The translations under genes were made by a program, and so were the position numbers. 64,000 nucleotides of DNA from Vulcanimicrobiota bacterium (GTDB lineage: Bacteria; Vulcanimicrobiota; Vulcanimicrobiia; Vulcanimicrobiales; Vulcanimicrobiaceae): the NCBI GenBank assembly GCA_963733295.1, contig CAVTCS010000003.1, positions 1,984,001-2,048,000 of the forward strand, given 5' to 3'. Positions 1 to 9,959 of the stretch are shown here, in pieces (the first letter of the stretch is position 1; the number at the start of each line of letters is the position of its first letter). Below the pieces are notes generated by a model. It did not search any database. It had not been told where the DNA came from and was given only the letters and a program-made list of their open reading frames with translations.

Positions 1-7
1 CCGGGAG

Positions 8-559
8 TTGCCCCAGCCTCACCGGCTGGAGCTCAACTTCCTTGCGCTCTCAATGTGGTTGTGGGGCGGGATGTTCTACATTTGGATCATCTCGCTGATT
101 TTTTATCGGTACATCTTCTTCGATTTCGTGGCGAGCGATCTGACGCCGCCTTCTTGGATCACCATGGGCGCGATGGCGATCTCGACTCTTGCGGGTTCGC
201 TGCTCGTGCAGAACACACCCGACGCGCCGTTTCTGGCGTCCCTTCTGCCGTTCCTCAAAGGTTTCACGGTGTTTTACTGGGCGACGGGGATGTGGTGGAT
301 CCCGATGATGGTCGCGCTCGGCATTTGGCGGTACGTCATTCAGCGCGTCCCGTTGCGTTACGATCCTTCATACTGGGGGGCGGTGTTCCCACTCGGCATG
401 TATAGCGTGGCCACGCTGCAAATGGAGTCGGCGATCGGACTGCCGTTTCTAGCTCCCTTGCCGGTGGTAATGTTTGCCGCAGCGCTCGTAGCGTGGACTC
501 TTGCGTTCGTCGGGCTCTTGCTCGAGTTGCGCAAGCTGTTCGCATCGAACGCAAGCTGA
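8..559 (+). CDS. TDT/SLAC1 (tellurite-resistance/C4-dicarboxylate) family anion transporter, 5'-truncated by window edge
   Basis: Hydrophobic helices with WITMGAMAISTLAG and YWGAVFPLGMY family motifs. Confidence 0.8.
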   Translation: MPQPHRLELNFLALSMWLWGGMFYIWIISLIFYRYIFFDFVASDLTPPSWITMGAMAISTLAGSLLVQNTPDAPFLASLLPFLKGFTVFYWATGMWWIPMMVALGIWRYVIQRVPLRYDPSYWGAVFPLGMYSVATLQMESAIGLPFLAPLPVVMFAAALVAWTLAFVGLLLELRKLFASNAS

Positions 560-610
560 CGGCCGGACGCTGCTCCAGGAACATCGTGAGCGGCTTGCGT
601 AGCTTCGAGG

Positions 611-2047
611 ATGGAGACAGCGCCGGCCTCGGGCCTGCACGAGCGTCTGACCGACGCGCTCGGCGCCGAAGGGGTCCGCTGCGAACCCGAAGATCTTTCG
701 GTCTACGCGTTCGACGCGTATAGCGGCGAGCGTTTACCGGCCGCGGTCGTCTTGCCGAAAGACGCGCGGGAAGTCAGCGCGGTCGTTCGCATCGCGCGAG
801 AGTGCGGCGAACCGATCGTGGCGCGCGGCGCGGGAACCGGTTTGTGTGGCGGCGCCGCACCGGTCGCGGGTGGAATCGTCGTTTCGTTTGCGCGCATGAA
901 CCGCATCCTAACCCTGGATCTGCGCAACCGGCGCGCTCGCGTTCAACCGGGTTTGATCAACCTCGAACTCTCGACCGCAACGCAACCCTCGGGGCTCTTT
1001 TTCGGACCGGACCCCTCGAGCCAGAAGATCTCAACGATCGGCGGCAACGTCGCGACGAACGCCGGGGGTCCGCACGCACTTTCGTACGGCTCGATGATCA
1101 ATCACGTGCTCGGTGTCGAATTCGTCGACGACTCGGGAGAAATCGTGCGCGTTTCCAGCGACCAGCCCGGCTACGATCTGAGCGCGGTCCTCGTCGGCAG
1201 CGAGGGAACGCTCGGCATCATCACCGCGGTCGACCTTCGCCTGTTGCGCGTCCCGCGCGCGATTCGCGTCTGTCTCGGCTCGTTCGGTGACGTGGAGGTG
1301 GCCTCGGAAGCGGTTTCGGCAATCATCGGCGCCGGCATCGTACCGACCGCGCTCGAGATCATGGACAAGACGATCACGCAGGCAGTGGAAGCACACTATC
1401 ACGCCGGCTTTCCGCTCGACGCGGGAGCGGTGCTGCTGGTCGAGATCGCGGGCGAGAGCGGCGATGTCGCCGCGAGCGAGGCGGCTATCGCTGCGATCGC
1501 GCGCGCGCACGGTGCGACGATGTGGCGTTCCGCGGCCGATGCACGCGAACGCGAAGCCCTGTGGGCGTCACGCAAAGGTGCGGCCGGCGCGATCGGACGG
1601 ATTGCTCCGAACTACTACATTCAGGACGCCTGCGTTCCGCGCACGCGGCTTCCTCAAGCGTTGCGCCGCGTCGACGAGATCTGTGCCGAACACCGGCTGC
1701 TCGTCGGAAACGTCTTTCACGCCGGCGACGGCAACCTCCATCCGCTCTTGATCTTCGACCGGCGCGAGCGCCGTCAGGTCGAAGCCGTCATCGCGGCAGG
1801 GACCGACATCTTGAGCGCCTGCATCGAGCTCGGCGGGACCATCTCCGGCGAACACGGCATCGGCTACGAAAAACGCGCTGCCCTCCCGCGCGTTTTCAGC
1901 ACCGACGACCTGGCGACGATGGCTCGCGTGCGCGAGGTCTTCGATCCCACCCGCTGCTTCAATCCCGACAAAATCTTCCCGAGCGGAGCGATCTGCGGCG
2001 AGGTTCGCATGCCGGAAAACGCCGTCGCCGCGGGCGCGTGGCTGTAG
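611..2047 (+). CDS. glcD: Glycolate oxidase subunit GlcD-like FAD-linked oxidase
   Basis: RGAGTGLCGG, PDPSSQ..STIGGNVATNAGG, GSEGTLG, HAGDGNLHP, SGEHGIG. Confidence 0.85.
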   Translation: METAPASGLHERLTDALGAEGVRCEPEDLSVYAFDAYSGERLPAAVVLPKDAREVSAVVRIARECGEPIVARGAGTGLCGGAAPVAGGIVVSFARMNRILTLDLRNRRARVQPGLINLELSTATQPSGLFFGPDPSSQKISTIGGNVATNAGGPHALSYGSMINHVLGVEFVDDSGEIVRVSSDQPGYDLSAVLVGSEGTLGIITAVDLRLLRVPRAIRVCLGSFGDVEVASEAVSAIIGAGIVPTALEIMDKTITQAVEAHYHAGFPLDAGAVLLVEIAGESGDVAASEAAIAAIARAHGATMWRSAADAREREALWASRKGAAGAIGRIAPNYYIQDACVPRTRLPQALRRVDEICAEHRLLVGNVFHAGDGNLHPLLIFDRRERRQVEAVIAAGTDILSACIELGGTISGEHGIGYEKRAALPRVFSTDDLATMARVREVFDPTRCFNPDKIFPSGAICGEVRMPENAVAAGAWL

Positions 2048-3306
2048 CCGCGCGAACCGACCCCGAGGCGTTCCGCTTGGGCGCGCGCACACCGCGCGCG
2101 GTCGCGACGCCGGCATCGGTCGAAGCGCTCGTGGAACTCTTGCGCGAGTGCGACGCGAAGGGCGAGTCGGTCGTGTTTTTCGGCGGCGGCACGTTGCAGG
2201 GCATCGGTCACGCACCTTCCCGTTACGATCTCGCGGTCAGCCTCGTGAAGCTCTCGAAAACGATCGCTTACGAGCATCGCGACCTTACGATCGCCGTGCA
2301 AGGCGGGATGCGCGTCGCGACGTTCGACGCTAAGCTCGCTGCCAAAGGCCAATTCGTTCCCCTCGACGCGCCGCTCGGATCGCGCAGCACCGTCGGAGGC
2401 GTGCTCGCGGGAGGCTGGCTCGGACCGCGCCGCGCCGCCTACGGGCGCCCGCGCGATTTCGTGATCGGCTCGACCGTCGTACTGGCCGACGGCACCGTTG
2501 CAAACGCCGGCGGCATGGTCGTCAAGAACTCGACGGGCTACGATCTCAGCCGTTTCTACGTCGGTTCGCTGGGAACGCTCGGCGCGATCGTTCGCGCAAA
2601 CTTCAAGACGCTGCCGTTGCCGGCCGCACGGCGAGCTGCGATCGCCGCGTTACCCGAACGCACGCGACGGCGCGCGATCGACCACGTCGCAGCGCTCGAG
2701 TTCGAGCCGGTCGCGGCGTTGCTCGTGCGGGGTTTTCGCGCCGAGATCGCGGGACGCGATGGGCTCGACGGACGTCTCTTGCTCTTCTACGAGGGCTCCG
2801 CAGCCACGATCGACAAGGCGACCCGCGAACTCCGCTCCGCGCTCGGCGCCGCGGGAGTTCCCGAGACGACGATCGTCGACCGTGAGGCCGGCGCGACGTT
2901 CACGCGCTCGGTAAATGCCTACGTGAGTTCGCTTGGCGAGCGTGGAGCGACGTACCGCAACTTCGGCGCGCCTTCCGATCTGCCGGCTCGCTTTGAGTAC
3001 CTCGCAGAGCTCGCACAGGATCACGTGCTTGGCCTCGAATCGATCGAGGATCTGCGCACCGGCGACCTGATCGCGCGCCTCAACGCCGATTCGCCGGACG
3101 AATTCACCAGGGCCGCCGTGCTCTTCGACGACGCCGTGCACGACCGGCTCGCGAATACCCAAGTCCTCGTCGCCCCGCAGAGTCTCCGCGACCGGCTCGC
3201 GATGTGGGGGAACGATCCTCCCGCGCTCCCGCAGATGCGCGCAATGAAGCAGCGCTTCGACCCGAAGGGGACGCTCGCTCCCGGCCGTTTCGTGGGCGGA
3301 ATCTAA
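2038..3306 (+). CDS. glcE: Glycolate oxidase FAD-binding subunit GlcE-like
   Basis: GGMVVKNSTGYDL, GSLGTLG, C-terminal KQRFDPKGTLAPGRF; GTG at 2038 overlaps the glcD end (the ORF-track start 1522 is too far upstream). Confidence 0.8.
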   Translation: MAVAARTDPEAFRLGARTPRAVATPASVEALVELLRECDAKGESVVFFGGGTLQGIGHAPSRYDLAVSLVKLSKTIAYEHRDLTIAVQGGMRVATFDAKLAAKGQFVPLDAPLGSRSTVGGVLAGGWLGPRRAAYGRPRDFVIGSTVVLADGTVANAGGMVVKNSTGYDLSRFYVGSLGTLGAIVRANFKTLPLPAARRAAIAALPERTRRRAIDHVAALEFEPVAALLVRGFRAEIAGRDGLDGRLLLFYEGSAATIDKATRELRSALGAAGVPETTIVDREAGATFTRSVNAYVSSLGERGATYRNFGAPSDLPARFEYLAELAQDHVLGLESIEDLRTGDLIARLNADSPDEFTRAAVLFDDAVHDRLANTQVLVAPQSLRDRLAMWGNDPPALPQMRAMKQRFDPKGTLAPGRFVGGI

Positions 3307-3432
3307 GACCGCGCACGGCGCCACGGCAAAGCCGCCGAGCGCTCGTTGCCGCTTTCGGTTCGCATTCCGGAACGATGAAAACCGGATGAAATTCGCATGC
3401 ATCCGAAGCGGCCGCGGCAAATCGTAGCTCGT

Positions 3433-3876
3433 ATGCGCTACCTTTACCGGCGCCTCACAGCCGCGGCTGCGACCGTTCTCTTGAGCGCGTGCGGCGGGAA
3501 CTACTACTCCTCGCCCGGGCCGCCATGCGGCGCCCCGCAAGGAACCGTCATCGTCGCGTATCCAGCTCCGGGCAGCACGGGCGTCCCGGACAATTTTCCG
3601 GGCATCATCTTCGCATCGACGCACGCTTTGTTTAGCAGCTATCAGGCCATCGTAGTCCCGAACGGCAGCTCGATTGGAACCCCTCTCGCGCCGGTCGCGA
3701 TGTTTACGCCGCCGCTCCCTACGCCGAATCAGACTCCGTCGTTCGCAAATCCGATCTACCAGATGAGCGCCGCAAACGGCTATATCTTGCCGGCCGCCAC
3801 TTTGATCAACGTCTACCTCAACGATTTGAACTCGAATTGTTCTCCCCGCTTGCTGTCGTCGTTTACGTCCCAATAG
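3433..3876 (+). CDS. Hypothetical lipoprotein
   Basis: Basic N-terminus, hydrophobic stretch, lipobox LSAC. Confidence 0.65.
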   Translation: MRYLYRRLTAAAATVLLSACGGNYYSSPGPPCGAPQGTVIVAYPAPGSTGVPDNFPGIIFASTHALFSSYQAIVVPNGSSIGTPLAPVAMFTPPLPTPNQTPSFANPIYQMSAANGYILPAATLINVYLNDLNSNCSPRLLSSFTSQ

Positions 3877-3912
3877 GCGGGAGGACCGGGACGCCTCGCC
3901 CAAGCTCAAGGC

Positions 3913-4479
3913 ATGCGCATTTTTGCCCGTTCTTTCCGCCTTTCGTGCTTCGCGCAGGCGTGCGCGTTAGCGCTGCCTCTCGTCGCGACGCTCCCCGCGA
4001 ACGCAGCAACCACGCACGCTGGGGCGAGTCTCATCAGGGTCAACCGCTGCGACCCGCAGCATAATCCGGGTGCGCCGGGAGGTTACGCCTACGGCCCGGG
4101 TTACGTGCCGGCGTATTATCCGGGCCGCCCTTATTACTACAACCCCGGCTACTACAACCGCACCTACTATCAGCCACCGGTGAGCGCGAGCGCCGATCTC
4201 GGCATCGATTACGTCAACGTGACGCAGCATACGATGAAGACGATCGAGTTCGGGTTGATCGCAAACGGGCGGCTCGTCGCCATGGTGCGCGATGTCGGAA
4301 CCTTCTCCCCTGGCGCGGAGATCAAGCATAAGTTCGGCATCAGTCCGAACGTCTTCCCGATCAGTACGGGCTTGCCGATCTGCACGCCGCTGCACATCGT
4401 GTACGAGAACGGCACGACCTGGACCAATCCGAAGCTTCCCCCGGACAACCCCGGGATGTACACGACGCATCCGAACTAG
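3913..4479 (+). CDS. Hypothetical secreted protein with Tyr/Gly/Pro-rich segment
   Basis: Signal peptide ending ANA; GGYAYGPGYVPAYYPGRPYYYNPGYY low-complexity tract. Confidence 0.7.
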   Translation: MRIFARSFRLSCFAQACALALPLVATLPANAATTHAGASLIRVNRCDPQHNPGAPGGYAYGPGYVPAYYPGRPYYYNPGYYNRTYYQPPVSASADLGIDYVNVTQHTMKTIEFGLIANGRLVAMVRDVGTFSPGAEIKHKFGISPNVFPISTGLPICTPLHIVYENGTTWTNPKLPPDNPGMYTTHPN

Positions 4480-4491
4480 CCGGCAACGCGC

Positions 4492-5373
4492 ATGTTCGCC
4501 GGATTCGAGCGGCGCCGCGTCAACGTCGGAGAGGTCACCATCAATTGCGTCACCGGCGGGACGGGACCGCCGGTTCTGCTCCTGCACGGTTATCCGCAAT
4601 GTCTGGCGCTCTGGGCGAAGGTCGCGCCGCAACTGGCGGATCGCTTCAGCGTCGTCTGCGCCGATCTGCGCGGCTACGGCGACTCGTCGAAGCCTCGCTG
4701 CGCGCCCGACGCCGCGAACTATTCGTTTCGCGCAATGGCGGCCGATCAGGTCGCGCTCATGCGCGATCTCGGCCACGAACGCTTTCACGTCGTCGGCCAC
4801 GATCGCGGGGGACGCACGGCGCACCGCATGGCGCTCGACCGGCCGGACGCCGTTCGTTCGCTCGCCGTTCTCGACATCGTGCCGACATACGCGATGTTCA
4901 TGGAAACGGATCGTCGCACGGCGAGCGCCTATTGGCACTGGTTCTTCTTGTCGCTTCCGGTGCCGTTCCCCGAGCGCATGATCGGCGCGGATCCCGACTT
5001 CTTCTTCGAAACGTCGATCGCCGGTTGGGGCGCGACGCGCCTCGAAGAGTTCGATCCCGCGATGCTGGCCGAGTACCGCCGCTGCTGGAACGATCCGGAC
5101 ATGATTCACGGCTCTTGCTCCGACTATCGCGCCGCCGCGACGGTCGACCTCGCGCTCGATACGGCCGACCTCGAGCGCAAGGTCGAATGTGCGGCCCTGG
5201 CCTTCTGGGGCTCGAAAGGCGGCATGCACAAGCTCTTCGACATGGAAGCCGAGTGGCGCAAGAAATGCACCCGCCTGAAGGCCGCGACGCTACCCGCCGG
5301 GCACTTCTTCATCGATCAGTTGCCGGCGGAGACCGCCGCGGTTCTCGCGGAGTTCCTCGCCTCCGCCGAGTGA
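4492..5373 (+). CDS. Alpha/beta hydrolase, fluoroacetate dehalogenase-type
   Basis: HGYPQ, GHDRGGR, LDIVPT, YWHWFF, DYRA, GHFF. Confidence 0.8.
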   Translation: MFAGFERRRVNVGEVTINCVTGGTGPPVLLLHGYPQCLALWAKVAPQLADRFSVVCADLRGYGDSSKPRCAPDAANYSFRAMAADQVALMRDLGHERFHVVGHDRGGRTAHRMALDRPDAVRSLAVLDIVPTYAMFMETDRRTASAYWHWFFLSLPVPFPERMIGADPDFFFETSIAGWGATRLEEFDPAMLAEYRRCWNDPDMIHGSCSDYRAAATVDLALDTADLERKVECAALAFWGSKGGMHKLFDMEAEWRKKCTRLKAATLPAGHFFIDQLPAETAAVLAEFLASAE

Positions 5374-5402
5374 GCGGCGGGCGTCCGGAAACGCGCGAAG
5401 GT

Positions 5403-8183
5403 TCAGACGGTCAGCGCGAGTGTGACGGCGCGTTCTTCCGTAAGGCCGCGTCCCGTCGTGCTCGCTTCATCCAGTTCGGCCTGCGGCGCTTCGCGCACGG
5501 CGCCCGTGATCTTATCGTAGAGAAGTTGCTCGGTGTATTCGCGCGCCACCTCGAGTTTCTCGAGACGCGCGTCAACGAACGCGAGCAGCGTCGCCGCGAG
5601 CCGGTAGTCGCCCGGCGTGCGCAGCGCGGCGACGCCGGCCAGATGCTGAACGGAAAACGCGACGTCGATGTCGATCTGCGCGTCGTGTCGCAGACGCAGG
5701 GCCGCACGCGCGTACTCGCGAGCCTCCCCATAGTCTCCGAGCGCCAGGTAGAAGGCGGCCAGGTTGCTGAGCGACCACGCGATGAGGCGCGACTCAAGAC
5801 GCCGTGCGCGCGCCGCTTTGAGCGCCTCCTGGGCCGCGGAAACCGCCGCCTCCGCATCGCCGCAACGAAACTCGGCCTCGGCTAGCGTTCCCGCCGTCAC
5901 GGCCACGTTGTACTCGTCATCGGCATCGCGAAAACTCTTGAGCGCTTCCGCGAAGAGTTGGCGCGCGCCGACGACGTCGTCTCGCAGCGAACGTACTGAG
6001 GCCAGGTCGCGCAGGATTCCGCCTTCGCGTTTGAACCCGAGAGCGCGGAGCGCAGCGAGCGCCTTTTCGAGGAGCGTTTCCCCTTCGTCGAGTTCCCCGA
6101 GATAGACGAGCGACCGGCCTGCCCAGCGCTGCGCGTTGGCGATGCCGCGCGCGTCGTTCTGTTGTTCGAACAGCGCGAGGGCGCGTTCCGCCGCCTTGCG
6201 CGCGGCGCGGAACTGGTTCATCATCGAGGCCAGCGTCGCTTCGGCCAATTCGAGTTGAGCGACGATATGCGGCGGGGTTGCCTCCGTCACCGATGCGATG
6301 GCGGTGGCCGCCCAGCGGCGCGCCTCGGCAGCAGCGAAGGCGGCCCATACGCGCCGCAGCGTTGCCGCTATGCGCTGCCCCACGAGCGGGTCGCCGGAAC
6401 CTCCAAACGACCAAGTCAGCGCGGCACGGACGTTTTCGAGCTCGCTCTCCGCCTCCTGGACCCACGGCCCGAGTGCTACGCTTTCGTAATCGTGATCGAG
6501 CCGCTCGCTGAGCCGGGCGTAGGTCTCGGCATGCCGCCTCGCGAGTCCTGGCGCTTCGCCGAGTTCAAACGACTTCTCGCGACCGTACTGACGTATCGAT
6601 TCGAGCAAGCGGTAACGCGCGAGAGGTTCCGCGGGCTCGCTGAGCACGAACGACTTGTCCACCAGCGACGAGAGAAGATCGAGCACCTCGAATTCACTCA
6701 ACTCGGGCGTCGCGCAGACGTCCATCGCCGTCTGCAACGAAAAACTTCCAGCGAAAACCGACAGGTCGCGGAACAAATGCTGCTCGTCTGCGGAAAGGAG
6801 GTCGTAGCTCCAGTCGATGAGGGCGCGCATCGTCTGCTGCCGGGGTAGTGCCGTGCGATCGCCGCCGGTTAAAACCCGGAAACGCTCGTCGAGTTGGCGG
6901 GCGAGCTGACTCGGCGAGAGGATCTTCATGCGCGCCGCCGCTAACTCGATCGCGAGTGGTATGCCGTCCAGGCGGCGGCAGATTTCGGCGACGGCCGGCG
7001 CGCTCTCGTCGCTGATGCGGAATGCATGGTTGGCAGCGCGCGCGCGATCGTCGAAAAGGGCGACGGCGCCGTACGAAAGAGCCGAGTCGGCGGCTAGCTC
7101 GCTGCTTGGCGCGGGAACGGCCAGCGAGGGCATGCGGTACACGACCTCGCCCGCGATCTTGAGCGCTTCGCGGCTCGTCGCGAGAATCTTGACCTTCGAA
7201 CAAGACGCCAAAATCGCCGACGCGGTTCGCGCGGCTTCGACGATGACGTGTTCGCAGTTGTCGAAGAGCAACAGCACGTTCTTGCGCGCCAAGTGCGCTG
7301 TTAGCGTCTCGAGCATCGGCCGGTTCGCAGCTTCTTGAACGCCGAAGATCGTGCCGATCTCGTTCGGCACGAGGGCCGGGTCGGCGAGCGGCGCGAGATC
7401 GACGAACCAGACGCCGTCGGTGAACTGCTCGAGAACCTTCGCGCCGACTTGTTGCGAGCAGCGCGTCTTGCCGAGACCTCCCGTGCCGAAGAGCGTGACG
7501 AGCCGCGCGCCGTCCAACAACTTCTCGATGACGGCGACATCGTTGTCGCGGCCGATGAAGCTCGAAAGTTGCTGCGGGAGGTTCGTGTCGAAGACGCCGA
7601 GCGACCGGAGTTTCGGGAAATCGGTCGCAAGACCGTCTGCGCTCAGCTGATAGACGTGCTCGCTCTGCGCGAGATCCTTGAGCCGGTGCTCGCCCATGTC
7701 GACCAGCGTCGCGTCCTCTGGAAGGGAGGCGGCGACGAGCGCGGCCGCGGCACCCGAAACGAGAACCTGCCCACCGTGCCCGATGGCCAGGAGGCGGGCG
7801 ACCCGGTTGAGCGTCGGTCCGAAATAGTCGCCGTCGCGCTCGTCGGCCGCGCCGACGTGCAGGGCCATTCGAACCCGAATGCCCTCGACCGCTGAGAAAT
7901 CGGCGGCCGCAAGGGTCCGCTGGGCGTCCAGGGCCGCGGCCACCGCCTCCTCGACGAGCGCGAAGACGGCGCAAAAGGCATCGCCGATCGTCTTGAACAC
8001 GTGCCCGCCGTGACGGCCGATCGCGGCCCTCATCAGGTCGTCGTGATGGCGGACCGCCTGCTGCATCGAGACCCTGTCCCGATCCCAGCGGACCGTGCTG
8101 CCCTCGATGTCGGTGAACATGAAGGCAACGGTGCCGGTCGGTAACCCGACCGCGACTGCCCTAGGACCTCCGGCTGACTCCAC
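5403..8183 (-). CDS. Class III adenylate/guanylate cyclase + STAND (NB-ARC-like) ATPase + TPR protein
   Basis: FTDIEGST, KTIGDAF, DYFGPTLNRVARL; Walker A GTGGLGKT; DNCEH; LDGIPLAIELAAAR; helical repeats. Start uncertain (GTG 8183 chosen). Confidence 0.85.
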   Translation of the reverse strand: MESAGGPRAVAVGLPTGTVAFMFTDIEGSTVRWDRDRVSMQQAVRHHDDLMRAAIGRHGGHVFKTIGDAFCAVFALVEEAVAAALDAQRTLAAADFSAVEGIRVRMALHVGAADERDGDYFGPTLNRVARLLAIGHGGQVLVSGAAAALVAASLPEDATLVDMGEHRLKDLAQSEHVYQLSADGLATDFPKLRSLGVFDTNLPQQLSSFIGRDNDVAVIEKLLDGARLVTLFGTGGLGKTRCSQQVGAKVLEQFTDGVWFVDLAPLADPALVPNEIGTIFGVQEAANRPMLETLTAHLARKNVLLLFDNCEHVIVEAARTASAILASCSKVKILATSREALKIAGEVVYRMPSLAVPAPSSELAADSALSYGAVALFDDRARAANHAFRISDESAPAVAEICRRLDGIPLAIELAAARMKILSPSQLARQLDERFRVLTGGDRTALPRQQTMRALIDWSYDLLSADEQHLFRDLSVFAGSFSLQTAMDVCATPELSEFEVLDLLSSLVDKSFVLSEPAEPLARYRLLESIRQYGREKSFELGEAPGLARRHAETYARLSERLDHDYESVALGPWVQEAESELENVRAALTWSFGGSGDPLVGQRIAATLRRVWAAFAAAEARRWAATAIASVTEATPPHIVAQLELAEATLASMMNQFRAARKAAERALALFEQQNDARGIANAQRWAGRSLVYLGELDEGETLLEKALAALRALGFKREGGILRDLASVRSLRDDVVGARQLFAEALKSFRDADDEYNVAVTAGTLAEAEFRCGDAEAAVSAAQEALKAARARRLESRLIAWSLSNLAAFYLALGDYGEAREYARAALRLRHDAQIDIDVAFSVQHLAGVAALRTPGDYRLAATLLAFVDARLEKLEVAREYTEQLLYDKITGAVREAPQAELDEASTTGRGLTEERAVTLALTV

Positions 8184-8321
8184 AGGGCGGACGTTCAGCG
8201 CCGCCGCGTTCAGTCCGGCTCTAAGGGGCTTTAGGGCTAAGGAACCATCCTCCGCAAGGGGGCAACCGAGGGGTGGTCTCAAACCCTTTGTGGCTGCCCA
8301 TCCGCAATTCCGGAGGTTATT

Positions 8322-9890
8322 TTGTCATCTCTACGAGTACGTACGCTTTCTGTCGTGGCGCTTTTTGCGCTCGCGCTCGCCGGATGCGGCGGGAGTAACA
8401 GCCCCAGTTCGCCTCTGCAGGGAATGCCGGCGCCTGGCAACGGCCAGCAGCCCATGGGGTCGAGCATGGGCAGCATGGGAGGGAACACCGTCGCCGCCGT
8501 GCTTTCCGCCACGCCCACGACGTATTCGCTTCCGCTTTCGGGCGGCTATCACGCCACGATCTCCCTTCACTCGAACAGCGTGCCTGCCGGCACGAAGATG
8601 CTCCTGGGCGTCCAGCAGCCGCAGATGGCGACCGTCAGCAGAGTCCACGGTTTCTCGCGAACTCACAACTGCCCGACGACCCTCACGATCCCGCTCTTCA
8701 ACCCGTTCGGTTTCCCGATCGTCCTCGGCGTCGACGGGTTCTCGCTGACGCTGCCGTGCAGCGTGAACGGAACGCTCTTCGGCGTGAGCTTCTATCAGGT
8801 ACAGCCGGCGCCGGCGATAGCATCGTCGACGAAGGTCGGCGACATCACCGCAGTCGGAAGATCGATCACTTTCAGCTCCGACGTCGCGACGATCACGCTT
8901 CCGCCCAGAACCGAAACCGCACTCGCCATCGTTCCCGAGGGCTCGACCAGTGAGGTCGCCATTCCGCTCGCAATTTCTGGTGGCACTGCGGCGCTCACCT
9001 CGAACGCGACGGTCTTGCCGTCGCCCGGCCCGAGCCTGACGCTTACCTACAACAGCGGCGGCGGAAACGGCGCCGGCTCCGGGACGCTCTTCTCTTCGGG
9101 CTGCAATCCGGCGTTTCCGACTCCCAACGTCATCGCCTCGCCGCTGGCCGGCGTTCCGATCTTGGGCATCCCGCAGTATTACTGCGCGCTGGGCACCGTC
9201 AACTCAACCACCGTCACCTTCGGAACGAGTAACGTTACGTTTTCGCTCGCTTCACCGCTTCCCGATCGCAGCTTCATCGGGCTCGACGGGCCCGGCGGCG
9301 AATTCACCTGCGGCGACCCGTCCGGCGGGACGACGGCTTGCACGACGACAGCCTTCGCGGTGCCGACCGTTCAAAACGTCATCGTCGGCAACGTGCAAGA
9401 CATGCAATCCTGTCTTCCGGTGACCGCCGAGACGAATTGCAACTCGAACGCAGGCGCGCCCGCCCCGGCGACGACCGCGGCGCCGGGGAATTCGGAGGTC
9501 GACATCCTCGTGGCCGACGACCCAACGTATAGGGCCAACACCTCGCCGACCTGCGCCACGCCGCAGATCTGCGGCGGCTTTGCGCTCAGCATGACCGGTC
9601 CGTGTTCGATCGACAATGGCTCGGACGAAAACGGCGACGTCCCGTCTGGTTACAGCGATCCCGGCGGGCCTCAGGAGAACCCGCCGGTCAGCGGTGGGTA
9701 TTCGACGAGCGCGATCTTCCCGGCGCAAGGTCCGTTCACCGAGTTCGACATCCTCACGTACGGCGCGGGGACGTGCGCGATCACGGTGACTGAGACCGAC
9801 GGTCCCGCCCAACCCCTGCGCTCGACAACCCTCAGTCTCCAGGTCGGCGGCGGCCCCGCCGTTCGGGTACGTTCCAACAAGCTGCACTGA
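8322..9890 (+). CDS. Large Cys/Thr/Gly-rich lipoprotein of unknown function
   Basis: GGAGG RBS, lipobox LAGC, beta-rich sequence with many Cys. Confidence 0.75.
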   Translation: MSSLRVRTLSVVALFALALAGCGGSNSPSSPLQGMPAPGNGQQPMGSSMGSMGGNTVAAVLSATPTTYSLPLSGGYHATISLHSNSVPAGTKMLLGVQQPQMATVSRVHGFSRTHNCPTTLTIPLFNPFGFPIVLGVDGFSLTLPCSVNGTLFGVSFYQVQPAPAIASSTKVGDITAVGRSITFSSDVATITLPPRTETALAIVPEGSTSEVAIPLAISGGTAALTSNATVLPSPGPSLTLTYNSGGGNGAGSGTLFSSGCNPAFPTPNVIASPLAGVPILGIPQYYCALGTVNSTTVTFGTSNVTFSLASPLPDRSFIGLDGPGGEFTCGDPSGGTTACTTTAFAVPTVQNVIVGNVQDMQSCLPVTAETNCNSNAGAPAPATTAAPGNSEVDILVADDPTYRANTSPTCATPQICGGFALSMTGPCSIDNGSDENGDVPSGYSDPGGPQENPPVSGGYSTSAIFPAQGPFTEFDILTYGAGTCAITVTETDGPAQPLRSTTLSLQVGGGPAVRVRSNKLH

Positions 9891-9907
9891 GCAGCACTCG
9901 CGACGAA

Positions 9908-9943
9908 GTGAGCCGGCCGGGCATGACGCCCGGGCCGGCTCAC
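9908..9943. terminator. Strong intergenic GC hairpin (possible terminator or stability element)
   Basis: GTGAGCCGGCCGGGC-atgac-GCCCGGGCCGGCTCAC; no U-tract. Confidence 0.4.
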
Positions 9944-9959
9944 GAACGTCCAGGACCAT

